64,000 nucleotides of DNA from Armatimonadota bacterium (GCA_963677485.1 OY781964.1:96001-160000); one strand, 5' to 3'. Positions 30,327 through 41,470 are shown, numbered from the stretch's first letter. The notes: generated by a model from the letters alone, not told the origin. Made by a program: numbers and translations.

Positions 30327-30537
30327 ATAACAACCTCCCATAGACCCGATTCATCAACCAGCTATTTATAGAAATTATACTACAACCCTCTTTAGGGGCG
30401 CGATCAGCCCATGCTTGCTATAATGGATTGTGGATAATTGGAGAGCTGAAGGACAGAGCTTGCTGTATATATCTGGCATCTACCAGCATACTTCACCTAG
30501 CTGCCATGCAATGAATACTTATTCGTGAGGAACCAGA

Positions 30538-31380
30538 TTGGACTACACTGATCTACAAGGCTACGTAGGCGTCGATATCGGCGGCCAAAGTATAAAAGTC
30601 GGCACATATGAGGGCGAAGAGCTCGTGGTGATCGATATTCCTATCCCCGACACTTACGAGGCATCAAAAAAAGCGACCGTTGCTGCGGCGCATGAGCTTT
30701 TGGGTGGCACACCACTGGGCGTTGGGATCGGCTCACCTGGGCCGCTGGATTGGCGCACAGGATATGTGAAATTCACCCCAAACATTCCGTGGGCACGGGA
30801 AATCCACTACCTGGAGATGGCTGACGACCTTGGCTGTCCGGTATGGGTAGACAACGATGCTAATGTGGCAGGGCTGGCGGAAGCCTGCATGGGTGCGGGT
30901 GAGGGTCTGGCATATGTCACGGGCTTCACTTTGGGAACTGGCATCGGCTTCTTCTTCGTCAATAACGGCCGGATATACCATGGTCGCTACGACGTCGAAG
31001 GCGGGCATCAGATCATCAATCCTGACGGCCCTCTATGTGGCTGTTCTGGCAAAGGCCATCTGGAAGCGTACATCAGTGCCACAGCCATTGAGCGCGACAC
31101 CGGCATGAAACCAGCCGACATCAATGACCCGGCATTCTGGGATCGCTACGCCAGAATACTGGCCCAGGCCATCATGACCACAAACAGCATTTTATGCCCG
31201 GACATCGTGATTTTAGGCGGTGGAATTATCAAGCGTGGAGATATGTTGATGCAGCCGCTGGAGAAGCATATCAAGTCGATGGAGGACATCCTGCCCTCCC
31301 CGTTGGTGCGTGTCGCCAAATTGGGGCATCGAGCGGGAGTTGTGGGTGCCATCATACTGGGCAAATACGGTCACCAATAG
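30538..31380 (+). CDS. ROK family sugar kinase
   Basis: GVDIGG, GIGSPG, NDANVAGLAE, LGTGIG, EGGH, CGCSGKGHLE. Confidence 0.93.
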   Translation: MDYTDLQGYVGVDIGGQSIKVGTYEGEELVVIDIPIPDTYEASKKATVAAAHELLGGTPLGVGIGSPGPLDWRTGYVKFTPNIPWAREIHYLEMADDLGCPVWVDNDANVAGLAEACMGAGEGLAYVTGFTLGTGIGFFFVNNGRIYHGRYDVEGGHQIINPDGPLCGCSGKGHLEAYISATAIERDTGMKPADINDPAFWDRYARILAQAIMTTNSILCPDIVILGGGIIKRGDMLMQPLEKHIKSMEDILPSPLVRVAKLGHRAGVVGAIILGKYGHQ

Positions 31381-31392
31381 GAGCAGTAACAC

Positions 31393-31536
31393 ATGAAAAA
31401 AATCAAAATGATAAAAAAAGTAGAAACAATGGACGATGGACGAAAACTCAACGTCTATCAGTTTGAGGTAGAGGGCGAACCAGCACCGAAGCCTTTCGTT
31501 CTAGCTAAACCATCTCCGGAACCGAAACAAGAGTAA
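31393..31536 (+). CDS. Small 47-aa protein missed by the ORF track (MKKIKMIKKVETMDDGRKLNVYQFEVEGEPAPKPFVLAKPSPEPKQE)
   Basis: AGGAG RBS overlapping ROK stop; lies between ROK gene and terminator. Confidence 0.65.
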   Translation: MKKIKMIKKVETMDDGRKLNVYQFEVEGEPAPKPFVLAKPSPEPKQE

Positions 31537-31573
31537 GGCCTCTCCATTACACGTAGTGATCAGAATCTAATCA

Positions 31574-31616
31574 CGGGGTTTTAGCTGATGATAAGGCTAA
31601 AACCCCGTACTTTTTC
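31574..31616 (+). terminator. Intrinsic terminator
   Basis: ACGGGGTTTTAGC...GCTAAAACCCCGT followed by T run. Confidence 0.8.
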
Positions 31617-31934
31617 TGTCTATTACGCGGTATAACTGTAGTATAGGGATCACATATAGGCAGTCAGCAATGCTGATAGCCATCATTGAATACCAGACTT
31701 AACTATATTTGTAAGCTAAGTTACATTAGTTTGCAGGAATTTGGTATGATGACGTGTAATCTCTTCATAGTGGTAGAAGGCACTACCACAGGCAATCTGG
31801 TTTGTATTTATTTCTACTTACTACTCGTCAGACGATGACATCGTGCCGTGAGTTCCGATCATTACCGTCTGATGTCCCGGTAAAACCCCACGACGGGGCA
31901 CTCCGGCCAATCGTTGCTGTGCAGGAGTAATACC

Positions 31935-33719
31935 ATGACAAATGAAACATCTGTTTGCCCTCATCTAGAGCATTGCAGTCAACGCTTTGCTCAAGCGGAT
32001 TGGTCTTCCGATCCGCCCCCCTGCCTCGCGTCTCCTCCTAACCTGATGGGCGATCAGATTAACTACGCTGACATCAAACTGGCGGTCAATTCTGATGGCA
32101 CTGTATGCTCACTCAACACAGCGTGGATGAATAGGTTATGGGATAGCGGGACAAGTCAACTCATTTCAACCCAACTACTGCGGTGTATGCCCGACCAGCG
32201 TCTCGATGTGGTGCGCGTGATCGCCCAAATCGACAAGCCTGAGATGGTCGATGGCGTGATTGAACTTCTGGAAGAAGTTGAAACAAATCACGACAACGCC
32301 ATATCATTCATTGAAGCCGCACAATCAGTCGGTCCAATCGCCGGAACCGAGCGAATTTTAGGCAAATTATACGAATTTGCCAGCAGCACCGACGCCAAGC
32401 TTTCGAAGTCGGCACTGACTGCGATGGTTGACCTTGATGCCGCGGCTTGGTGCGACTTTACCAGGCAAGCGTGGATCAGACTAGGCCTGAGTAATGATGC
32501 AACCATCCGCCAATCAGCATTCGAGCTTTTGAAGTTCTTCAGCCCGGTGGCAGGAGCTGGCATCGTGAGCAGTCTGCTGGAGCAATCCAGCTTGATGGGC
32601 ACCATTCCATTCCGAAATTACGCCATCGCTGCGCGTGAACTCGTTGATGGGTTCGGATACGAGCTGATGTGCCGCCAACTCATGCGGATCATGCGCGATG
32701 AGACCCATGTGCAAACACTGATCGCCGTGATTAGCATCGCAGGAGCGTTGGGCCATCGAGCCGGTAATACTGAGTTATTGAAACAGCTCAGTACCATCGT
32801 CAACACCCGCGAGACCATCCAACGCGGTGCTGCCATGAATGCGCTTCTGGAAATGGACCAACGTGAGCGCTTGGTTGACAACTTTGAACTCAACAAAGAC
32901 CGCGAAGCGATACTCTACTGTATCGTCATAGCTAACGCCAACGATTGGGGTTTAGCTATCGAACCAGCAGCGCTTACATCCACTATGCAGGCACTGGATG
33001 CTGAAGTTCTATCGATCAAGCTGGCGAAAGTGATCGTCGACCGTAAGGCTGACGAGGCGATTCCGGTGCTCTCTACTGCCCTGCAATCGCAATCCGCAGT
33101 ACTACGGAAATTTGGGATCTGGGCAACAGGTCGCTTAGGAAATATGGTAGCCAAGCCAGAGCTCATGGCCAACCTTGAGCGCGTCATGGCTGTGCCTGAA
33201 ACCACAGGTTCCGCACTGTGGGCGCTTCTGCATCTGCAACTAGAGGAGCTACCTAGCAGCACAGCGAAAATTCTGGCCCGCGTCTACTTCCAGGGGACCG
33301 ATCATCTGCGAATGCATGTGCGCTTGATCCTGGCCAGTAACTGTGGGGCCGCAGTCCGGCATGAGTTAAGTCTTGCAGTCCACTCACTAATGACCGCACA
33401 GTTCAAGGCAGGTGCCTCACCTGTGCTGCTAGTAGCATATACACTCTATCAGCCGTTATTGGCTTCGGTAGATGGTAAGCAGTTCCTGGAAGTATGGCGC
33501 TGCGTTGCCGACGCACTCTTGCAGAAACGCCCTGTAGGCCAACTCATCTCTATCACATTACGCGCCGTAGTGGGATTGATGCAGTTGAGCAGCCCAGAGG
33601 TTTTACAAGCACATTCGCAAGAGATACGCGCCTTAATGGATGCGCTGCGCAGGGTCAACCAACCTCAACTGGTTGAACCGATGTTAAAAGTAGCCACCGC
33701 CAAAGGACTAAACATGTAG
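31935..33719 (+). CDS. Hypothetical alpha-helical (HEAT/ARM-like) protein
   Basis: AGGAG RBS; Leu/Ala-rich helical sequence with DEAIPVL..AL.....LRKFGIWA HEAT-like unit. Confidence 0.6.
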   Translation: MTNETSVCPHLEHCSQRFAQADWSSDPPPCLASPPNLMGDQINYADIKLAVNSDGTVCSLNTAWMNRLWDSGTSQLISTQLLRCMPDQRLDVVRVIAQIDKPEMVDGVIELLEEVETNHDNAISFIEAAQSVGPIAGTERILGKLYEFASSTDAKLSKSALTAMVDLDAAAWCDFTRQAWIRLGLSNDATIRQSAFELLKFFSPVAGAGIVSSLLEQSSLMGTIPFRNYAIAARELVDGFGYELMCRQLMRIMRDETHVQTLIAVISIAGALGHRAGNTELLKQLSTIVNTRETIQRGAAMNALLEMDQRERLVDNFELNKDREAILYCIVIANANDWGLAIEPAALTSTMQALDAEVLSIKLAKVIVDRKADEAIPVLSTALQSQSAVLRKFGIWATGRLGNMVAKPELMANLERVMAVPETTGSALWALLHLQLEELPSSTAKILARVYFQGTDHLRMHVRLILASNCGAAVRHELSLAVHSLMTAQFKAGASPVLLVAYTLYQPLLASVDGKQFLEVWRCVADALLQKRPVGQLISITLRAVVGLMQLSSPEVLQAHSQEIRALMDALRRVNQPQLVEPMLKVATAKGLNM

Positions 33720-33856
33720 CCGAGTTTCTTCAGCTACATACTGAGATACCAACATCGGCGATGTGTTGAAAAACACATCGCCGATGTGCTTTCCGAGGAG
33801 CCAACCTGGCAAAACGTCTTCTGATCTCGATATTGACTTGATACGCAACGAGGAGT

Positions 33857-34843
33857 ATGGCGATGAATAGAACCAAATCGTACCCTATAGTATTGGCGGT
33901 CATCGCTGGATTGGCTGCCTGTAGCCTTATGTCCGCAGATCAAGTAACGGACAGACGGATGAAAGCACTGCAGGAGGTGCTGAGTAATGTAGGAAAAGCA
34001 CAAGCCAGCCAAAAACCACCGCAAAAGGCAGCCACAAAAAAAGCTACCTCTTCAAAGCCTGTGAAGAGTAAACCAGCCATAACCACCACCAAACAACCTC
34101 AACCCATAGCCATTACCCGGGTAAGTTGGACGCCTCGCGTCGCCTTCAGTCAAGGAGGATGTGTCGAAGAAACCGAATTTGGCGCTCGCAACCTTGTTGC
34201 CAGATATGATGCTAAATCGGTAAAGCTGACTAAGGTGCTCAAGACTGTTTGGACATACAATGACGGAAAAAACCCCATTAGTATGAGCGACTGTAAACCG
34301 CACCCTAACACAAACATCTATGATAATGGGATTTCTATCGCCAACGGCCTGCTCCAACCCGGAAAATACCAGGTCAGGTATATGGATGGCAGCAAGCAGT
34401 TAGCTGTGGGAAGCATAAGAATTCGAACCCCCGACCCACTCGGTAACCGCAACCTGGACACCATTTCAAAGGATGTGCTCATTTCGATTCAGAGAGCTTT
34501 GGATGAGGTTGCGGCCTCGCGAGCCTCAAACGCTGCAGACTATTGCAAATATGCCCTACCCCTAATCGGCACAGCGATGCAAGCTAATCCCGACTCAAAA
34601 GACATGCAGGCGATGTATGAAATGGCGCAGGCGATCATTGCCGTGCATAACCTTGAAATGGCGGCTGAAGCTAAGTCCGGACCTGCGGCCGTCGACTGGT
34701 GCTTCAGAGCGCAAGGCCATGCGCAAATGGCCTCTACCATTGCCCAAAACCCGAAGCTCAAAGCCGCCGCTAAAGAATACGCGACCATGCTGCAGCAGAC
34801 GCTTGACCAAATGTCGACACCTGCTAGCAAGAAGGGAAAGTAA
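33857..34843 (+). CDS. Hypothetical exported protein
   Basis: GAGGAG RBS, signal-like N-terminus, K/P-rich linker. Confidence 0.7.
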   Translation: MAMNRTKSYPIVLAVIAGLAACSLMSADQVTDRRMKALQEVLSNVGKAQASQKPPQKAATKKATSSKPVKSKPAITTTKQPQPIAITRVSWTPRVAFSQGGCVEETEFGARNLVARYDAKSVKLTKVLKTVWTYNDGKNPISMSDCKPHPNTNIYDNGISIANGLLQPGKYQVRYMDGSKQLAVGSIRIRTPDPLGNRNLDTISKDVLISIQRALDEVAASRASNAADYCKYALPLIGTAMQANPDSKDMQAMYEMAQAIIAVHNLEMAAEAKSGPAAVDWCFRAQGHAQMASTIAQNPKLKAAAKEYATMLQQTLDQMSTPASKKGK

Positions 34844-34848
34844 GGAAT

Positions 34849-35787
34849 ATGAAAACACCATGCAAAATGCTGCTCGCTATGGCAGTCCTTATCATCCCAG
34901 CGGTTCACTCCAATGCGGTCGTGATACCCACTACAATGACCCGAGGATATACTGCCGAATACGACACATCATCAAAGGCGCTTCGCTGCATCTCGGCGAA
35001 CGGTTCAAATAGCTGGGCGGCCTCTGTGGCATCGCCTGTGCCCAGTGTGGGTGACTGGTCGGGTATCGGAACCGCTGCTGGTCCGGTTTTTGTTTACACA
35101 GCCGGTAATTCGGTTTACTACACGCTGCTGCGCCACAACACCGGTAAGGCGATTACAGACGTGGGTAACAAGTCGCTGACGGGCGTTCTTGCCCCTGGAA
35201 AACTCATATCTGCGACCTGGCGAGAAGCCAGCTACGGCGCTGAGGTATCTGTAGTGTCCTTAGATGGCAACAAAGAATACACCACCATATTCGACATCAA
35301 CATGCGGGGCACCAGCACCAAGAAGGGCCAGACCTCACGCAGTCTGCCCATCCAGCGAATTACGATTCCTGGCACGTCCGTCTCGTTCGAGCTCCCACCT
35401 GGGTTTACCAACGCATGGGATGCCAGCAATCAATCGATGGGCATAAAATCACAAAACAAGCTGCCTGTGGGCATACTCATCAATGTGGCTGAACAAGATG
35501 ACAATATCACGCTGTTTGCGGACCTGTTCATGAAGGACATCGGCCCTGCCATGGGTGCACAGAATATGCAGCAGATCGCCTCGCAGCCTGTATCTATCGG
35601 CGGTTCTATGCAGGGTCTGCTGAGGATGACTTCATGTGTGTGGAACGGCCGCAACGCCAACTTCTCTTTCGTATTTATCAAAACAAAAAGCAACCTGCTT
35701 GTGGTTGTCTACGGCACGCCAACCGAAAACTACGACACCTACGCCAACCTGTTCTATCGCATGCTTTCGAGTATGCAAGTTAAGTAA
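34849..35787 (+). CDS. Hypothetical exported protein
   Basis: Signal peptide; C-terminal part loosely PsbP/DcrB-like (FELPPGF...). Confidence 0.7.
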   Translation: MKTPCKMLLAMAVLIIPAVHSNAVVIPTTMTRGYTAEYDTSSKALRCISANGSNSWAASVASPVPSVGDWSGIGTAAGPVFVYTAGNSVYYTLLRHNTGKAITDVGNKSLTGVLAPGKLISATWREASYGAEVSVVSLDGNKEYTTIFDINMRGTSTKKGQTSRSLPIQRITIPGTSVSFELPPGFTNAWDASNQSMGIKSQNKLPVGILINVAEQDDNITLFADLFMKDIGPAMGAQNMQQIASQPVSIGGSMQGLLRMTSCVWNGRNANFSFVFIKTKSNLLVVVYGTPTENYDTYANLFYRMLSSMQVK

Positions 35788-35983
35788 GCATATCGCCCCC
35801 CCTACCCCGTCATATCGAACGACCAGCGGTATGACGGGGTAGCACTTTACGGGCCATGCCATACTTCCCACCTTCTACCAAAATGCGTTGATCTGTCTGT
35901 TGTTGAAGGATTACGACCTCGATGCGCGTAACATTACCCAGTAATCATACGGTAAGACCATACTTCAGACAGCAGGTAACCCA

Positions 35984-38620
35984 ATGAAACTACATGAATA
36001 CCCAGTCCCTGCCAGCTTTGTATTAGGGGATGCCCCCTTCATCAACACCTGGTTGATCACCGACCCGGTACCGAACTCATCGCCAGCGACGATGGACGCC
36101 AACACGGTTGATGCCGCCTCATGTAGCCCTGCCCCCGGACGCTCATTTGGAAATCATCAATGGTATGTTTTCGATGATCGTATATTCAACCGGAATTACG
36201 ACGATTATGTCGACTTGTTCAGCTATTTCCGCGCAAAACGGCATCTGCCCGTAGCCGGTGCTGCGGTGTACGCGGCTGTCTGGTTGTGGTCGCCAGCATC
36301 ATGCGCCGCACAGCTTCGCATCGGTGCTGACAGCATGTTTCGCGCCTGGTTCAACGGGCTGCCTGTGGGTTCAGCCGACAAAGGAAACACCACCGGAGAC
36401 CCTAATCCGCCGGCACCAACAGCCTGGCCGAATAGCTACCACTGCATCCGCAGCGACGACGCAGGCAAGGACATGAGCCAACTGGCCATTCTTCTCAAAC
36501 GAGGCTGGAACCTGCTGGTGCTGAAGGTTGGCAACAAAGAGGAAGGTCTGTTTGGGTTCTACGCCCGCGTCTGCCAACCAGACGGTAAAGCTATACACGG
36601 GCTCATCCCAAGCATGGCAGGGCCAGATCAGCAGCTTCAGGCCGCCCCCGCAGAAATGCGCGGATGCACTCCCACGCTGCCTGTGGCCTTCACAGAGTGG
36701 CCGTATGTGCATACCAATCACCCGCTTGTCGCAGAGGCACAAACTATCTGGCCGGAAGGTCGGCAGCTTTGGAGTTATGTCGCCCAATCCAGCGCATACC
36801 GTCTGAGTGCCGCTGGAGGATCGCCACCTTACAAATGGAAGCTGGTCGGCGGAAAACTGCCTAAGGGCTTGAGCCTCACCGATGACGGCATCCTGCACGG
36901 GCTTGTCAGTGGCGAGCAGCCCACGGGCATATGGCCGCTGGCCTTCAGCCTGTCAGACAGCACAGGACGAAAAGTCACCATGCGCACCAGCATCACCGTC
37001 AAGGAACGGCCCAACCGCTGGTATGAAACCGCCCGTATGAACGCGTTGATACATGGTCCTGATCACTTCGAGCCCAACGATTGGCCCAAACTGGCAAAGC
37101 TCATGAAAGACCAGGGTTACGCCATCGGCATCCCCATCGGATACGGCAACGGAGACTGGTATTTCCGGTTCCGCAACCGCTTCGATCCAAACGCGAAGGC
37201 CGCAGGTGTGCATGACATCGTGAAGAAGGCGCTTGAATCGGCAGGACTGAAGTATGGCATGTACATCGGGAACCTGACCGATTCGCCGCAATTTCGCTAC
37301 GAGCAGGTGATCCTGATGCTGGAGGACGTCTGCAAGCAGTATCAGCCCGCCGCGTTCTGGATGGACTGGCTGGCCATCGACCACTCCTCGCTGGATGCCA
37401 TCTACAGCATGATCCGCACACTACTGCCGGATGCCGTCATCGTCATCAACGGTGTGGAGCGGCCGACTCACGGTGATTGGGACATCTGCTGCGTCGAGGA
37501 ATACTCCTTTGTGCCCGAAAAGCATTGGGGACGCTGGCCTAACGACATCCACACCAGCACCATGCAGATACTAAAGACCTGGCCCAAGAAGCACATGCTG
37601 GAAAACTGGCGTCCCATGCTCTGGCCATACAAGGACAATACAGAGGACACTCCAGACTGGCAGGAATACCAGCGTGTGCTGATTTCGCTGATCGGCGAAG
37701 GGAACATCGCCAACTTTGACCACAGCCCGGCGACGGGTGCCATAGTCAACGACATGGATTTTGCACACTCACACCTGATGACCGCGCATACGCATATGGC
37801 CAACTGGGCCAACAAGGAGCGAACGGAACCTCTCTACCACGCTTATACCAACATCGACAATGCTCCTCTGCCGGATCAGCCATGGGGTTACACCACCATG
37901 AGTCTGGATGGACGCAGCCTGTACCTGCTCTCAGTCAAGAACCCCAGAGGGAAAACTGGCCTTCCGCAACCACAGCTCACACTGACGGGCTTAACCCAGC
38001 GTGTGGATGCTGCCGTATGCATGAACAATAACCATAAGCTGACTTTTAAACAAAACGGCCACACACTGAACATCGACACCAGTGCTCTGCAAGCCGACCC
38101 CGTGAGCACCATCATCAAACTCAACATGCATGAGCCGCTCAAAAGACCGCACTACAAGCCGGTTCCTCCCGAGTTCATTGACAGGATCCCCTCGCCCGGC
38201 AACCTGGCCACGGGAAAGACGGTGCAAATGTTCACGCTGGATGGAACTAAAACCATGGGTGCCAGTATGGAGACATGCTGGGCTTGTTGTGCCACTGATG
38301 GACTGGCTGAGACCTTCGCCGAAGCTTCAGGTGACTACCCCTGGACTCTGGAGCTGGATATGAACCAGTTAGAGACCATCTCCAGGATCAAGTTCCTATT
38401 TGGCGATCTATATGCCACCAGCTTCACAGTGAGCATCAGCGAGGACCGTGTCCACTGGAAGCAAATCGCCAATGATTCCGGCTCATCGCGCGCCTGGGAA
38501 GAGTACCGCTTCGCACCAGCCAAAGCGCGCTACGTGTGGATATCGGCCTTCAAACCTGATGGCCCTGACCAGGAAGGCGGGCAAATGACCATCGCCGACC
38601 TTCAAGTATACGCCAAATAG
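35984..38620 (+). CDS. Multidomain putative glycosidase: beta-sandwich + putative Ig + GH29-like barrel + F5/8 type C (paralog 1)
   Basis: GGSPPYKW..GKLPKGLSL (He_PIG Ig); AGLKYGMY, FWMDW, PDAVIVIN barrel; C-terminal NLA.GK...ARYVWI discoidin. Confidence 0.7.
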   Translation: MKLHEYPVPASFVLGDAPFINTWLITDPVPNSSPATMDANTVDAASCSPAPGRSFGNHQWYVFDDRIFNRNYDDYVDLFSYFRAKRHLPVAGAAVYAAVWLWSPASCAAQLRIGADSMFRAWFNGLPVGSADKGNTTGDPNPPAPTAWPNSYHCIRSDDAGKDMSQLAILLKRGWNLLVLKVGNKEEGLFGFYARVCQPDGKAIHGLIPSMAGPDQQLQAAPAEMRGCTPTLPVAFTEWPYVHTNHPLVAEAQTIWPEGRQLWSYVAQSSAYRLSAAGGSPPYKWKLVGGKLPKGLSLTDDGILHGLVSGEQPTGIWPLAFSLSDSTGRKVTMRTSITVKERPNRWYETARMNALIHGPDHFEPNDWPKLAKLMKDQGYAIGIPIGYGNGDWYFRFRNRFDPNAKAAGVHDIVKKALESAGLKYGMYIGNLTDSPQFRYEQVILMLEDVCKQYQPAAFWMDWLAIDHSSLDAIYSMIRTLLPDAVIVINGVERPTHGDWDICCVEEYSFVPEKHWGRWPNDIHTSTMQILKTWPKKHMLENWRPMLWPYKDNTEDTPDWQEYQRVLISLIGEGNIANFDHSPATGAIVNDMDFAHSHLMTAHTHMANWANKERTEPLYHAYTNIDNAPLPDQPWGYTTMSLDGRSLYLLSVKNPRGKTGLPQPQLTLTGLTQRVDAAVCMNNNHKLTFKQNGHTLNIDTSALQADPVSTIIKLNMHEPLKRPHYKPVPPEFIDRIPSPGNLATGKTVQMFTLDGTKTMGASMETCWACCATDGLAETFAEASGDYPWTLELDMNQLETISRIKFLFGDLYATSFTVSISEDRVHWKQIANDSGSSRAWEEYRFAPAKARYVWISAFKPDGPDQEGGQMTIADLQVYAK

Positions 38621-38658
38621 ATACCAATTCATCATCATATCAACCAAGGAACACGAAT

Positions 38659-41322
38659 ATGCAGAAACCGACAAAACTGTCCGAGTATCCGGTGCCGTCA
38701 AGTTTCGTACTAGGCAATGCGCCGTTCATCAATACCTGGCTCATTACCGACCCTATTAGTAACTCATCACCGGCCACGATGGACCAGCACCCGGAAGCCA
38801 TCCAAGCCTGCCAACCGGCACCCAAACGGGCATTTGGCTCCTCGAAGTGGTATGTGTTCGACGACCGTGTGTTCAGCCGCAACTACGACGACTACGTGGA
38901 TCTGTTCAGCTATTTCCGGGCGAAGCGCAACCTTCCGGTGGCGGGAGCGGCGATCTACGCGGCGGTCTGGCTATGGTCGCCGTCGGCCACAGCGGCTCAG
39001 GTGCGCATTGGTGCTGATAACATGTTCCGCGCCTGGTGGAATGGGCTGCCCATCGGCTCAGCCGACCATGCCAACACCACCGGCGATCCGAACCCACCAG
39101 CACCTGGTGGATGGCCTAACAGTTATTACTGCGTGAAGTCTGACAACGCCGGTAAGGACATGAGCCAGCTCGCTGTTCAGATGAAGCAGGGCTGGAACCT
39201 GCTGATGCTGAAAGTCGGCAACAAAGAAGAGGGCTTGTTTGGGTTCTATGCCCGTATCTGCCAACCCGACGGCAATGCGATACCGGGTCTGGTGCCCAGC
39301 CTGGCCGGCCCTGATCAGCCGCTACAGACTGCACTGGCCGACATGCCGGGTGTCGCCCCTGATTTACCTGTGGCTTTCACCGAGTGGCCATATGTTCACA
39401 CCAACCATCCACTGATAGCCGAAGCTCTGTCCATCTGGCCAGAAGGGCACCAGATGTGGGCCCACGCGGCGCAATCCAGCGAGTTCAGGCTCTCCGCGGC
39501 TGGCGGTCTGCCCCCGTATCACTGGAAGCTCACCGCGGGACGGCTGCCGAAGGGCATGAAGCTGAATGATGACGGCATCATCACTGGCCCGGTGGACATG
39601 AAGCAACCGCTGGGCACCTTCCCGCTGGCGTTCCGAGTAACCGACAGCACCGGCAAGACGGCCACCGCACGCACCATGATCACGGTGAAAGAACGCCCGA
39701 ACCGCAGGTATGAAACGGCCCGACTGAACGCACTCATCCACGCGCCGGATAAATACAACCCACCGGACTGGCCGAAACTCGCCCGGATCATGAAAGACCA
39801 GGGCTACACCTATGGGATGCCCATCGGATATGGCAACGGCGACTGGTATTTCCGATTCCGCAACCGGTTTGACCCGAATGCCCCCACCGCGGGCGCTCAT
39901 GACCTAGTCAAGAAGGCCCTTGAGGCTGAGGGGCTGAAGTATGGCATCTACCTGGGCAACATGCATGATTCGCCTCAGTTCAAATATGAGCAGGTCATTC
40001 TGATGATCGAGGATGCCTGTAAGCAGTATAAACCAGCCGCCTTCTGGCTGGACTGGCTTGCCATAGACCAGTCGTCCCTTGACGCCATCTACAGCATGGT
40101 GCGCACTATGCTGCCTGACACATTAATGATCGTCAATGGCGTGGAACGCCCTACTCATGGCGACTGGGATATCTGCTGCGTCGAAGAGTTCTCATTCGTC
40201 CCAGACCAGCGGTGGGGCCGATGGCCCAACGATGTGAAAGCCAGTGCCATGGAGATACTCAAATCCTGGCCAAAAATGCACATGATGGAGAGCTGGCGTC
40301 CGATGCTCTGGCCTTGGAAGGGTGATGTTGAGACGGTACCAGAGTGGCAGGACTACCAGCGTGTGGCTATCTCACTCATCGGCGAGGGGAATATCGCCGA
40401 TATGGACCACAGTCCCGGCACAGGTGCTTTCCCAGGCGTGACAGGCGGCGGTGGTGTCACCTTCGACAGCTCCAAACTGATGACGGCACATAACCACATG
40501 GCGGATTGGGCAAGCAAGGATCGGACCGAACCGCTCTACCACGCTTATACCAACATCGTGAACACAACCCTGCCCGACCAGCCTTGGGGATACACCACTC
40601 AGAGCCTGGATGGCCGGTATCTATACCTGCTTACACTTAAGAACCCCAGAGGTAAGACGGGCCTTCCTAAGGCTGGCTTGGAGCTCCATGGGTTGAAAAA
40701 CAAAATCCGCGCAGCCGTCTGCATGAATGATGACCAACAACTCAGTTTCAAGCAATCCAACAGCGGTCTGAAGATCGATACATCCGCGATCACAGAAGAC
40801 CCCATCTGCACCATCATCAAGTTGACCATGGTCACCTCCCTGCCCTTGCCTGAGCGCAAGATGCAAGAGCCTGTATTCCATGACCGCATACCCTCCGAAG
40901 GCAATCTAGCGAAAGCCAAACCAGCCCGATTGCTGAGTGTGGATGGAACCCGCGACCTGACCCCCAACATGGAGGTCTGCTACGCCAGCCTGGCGGTCGA
41001 TGGTCTTTCTGGCACCGCAGCGGTCGGATCCGGCGACTGGGCCTGGGCTCTGGAAGTGGACCTGTTGAAACCAGAAACGGTCGGCCATGTCAAGGTTCTG
41101 TTCGCAGCAGGATGGGCTACCAGCTACAAAATCGGCCTGAGCGAAGACCGCGTTCAGTGGAAGACTGTCGCCACGGGGGCCGGAGCCAAGAACGCCTGGC
41201 GCGAGCACCGCTTTGCCGCTATCAAGGCCAGGTACGTGCGCATCACCGCCATCAAACCCGATGGCGAGAACCAGGAAGGCACGCAGATGGGCATCGTCGA
41301 TCTGCAGGTCTATCCGAAGTAA
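38659..41322 (+). CDS. Multidomain putative glycosidase (paralog 2)
   Basis: Colinear and highly similar to 35984-38620. Confidence 0.7.
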   Translation: MQKPTKLSEYPVPSSFVLGNAPFINTWLITDPISNSSPATMDQHPEAIQACQPAPKRAFGSSKWYVFDDRVFSRNYDDYVDLFSYFRAKRNLPVAGAAIYAAVWLWSPSATAAQVRIGADNMFRAWWNGLPIGSADHANTTGDPNPPAPGGWPNSYYCVKSDNAGKDMSQLAVQMKQGWNLLMLKVGNKEEGLFGFYARICQPDGNAIPGLVPSLAGPDQPLQTALADMPGVAPDLPVAFTEWPYVHTNHPLIAEALSIWPEGHQMWAHAAQSSEFRLSAAGGLPPYHWKLTAGRLPKGMKLNDDGIITGPVDMKQPLGTFPLAFRVTDSTGKTATARTMITVKERPNRRYETARLNALIHAPDKYNPPDWPKLARIMKDQGYTYGMPIGYGNGDWYFRFRNRFDPNAPTAGAHDLVKKALEAEGLKYGIYLGNMHDSPQFKYEQVILMIEDACKQYKPAAFWLDWLAIDQSSLDAIYSMVRTMLPDTLMIVNGVERPTHGDWDICCVEEFSFVPDQRWGRWPNDVKASAMEILKSWPKMHMMESWRPMLWPWKGDVETVPEWQDYQRVAISLIGEGNIADMDHSPGTGAFPGVTGGGGVTFDSSKLMTAHNHMADWASKDRTEPLYHAYTNIVNTTLPDQPWGYTTQSLDGRYLYLLTLKNPRGKTGLPKAGLELHGLKNKIRAAVCMNDDQQLSFKQSNSGLKIDTSAITEDPICTIIKLTMVTSLPLPERKMQEPVFHDRIPSEGNLAKAKPARLLSVDGTRDLTPNMEVCYASLAVDGLSGTAAVGSGDWAWALEVDLLKPETVGHVKVLFAAGWATSYKIGLSEDRVQWKTVATGAGAKNAWREHRFAAIKARYVRITAIKPDGENQEGTQMGIVDLQVYPK

Positions 41323-41380
41323 TCGCTTGAGTGTTGGCCGTCGCGTGCGACGGCCAACACACCAGACCGCGCAGGTGATA

Positions 41381-41425
41381 GTCTGAACCACGGATTACAC
41401 GGATTGGAACAGATGGATCCGGATC
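41381..41425 (-). repeat. ATCCGTGTA-type short tandem repeat ending GGTTCAGAC
   Basis: Reverse complement reads ...atccgtgtaatccgtggttcagac, as at 7181-7224. Confidence 0.7.
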
Positions 41426-41470
41426 GGGGGGAAACCACACCGGTAAAATGAAAACATGTATGCTTCCGCT

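Noticed and set aside
31860-31912. c-di-GMP-like riboswitch before the HEAT-like gene
   Set aside because: Only a small hairpin (CCCC-ACGAC-GGGG); the GGACGCAAAGC/second stem consensus is absent
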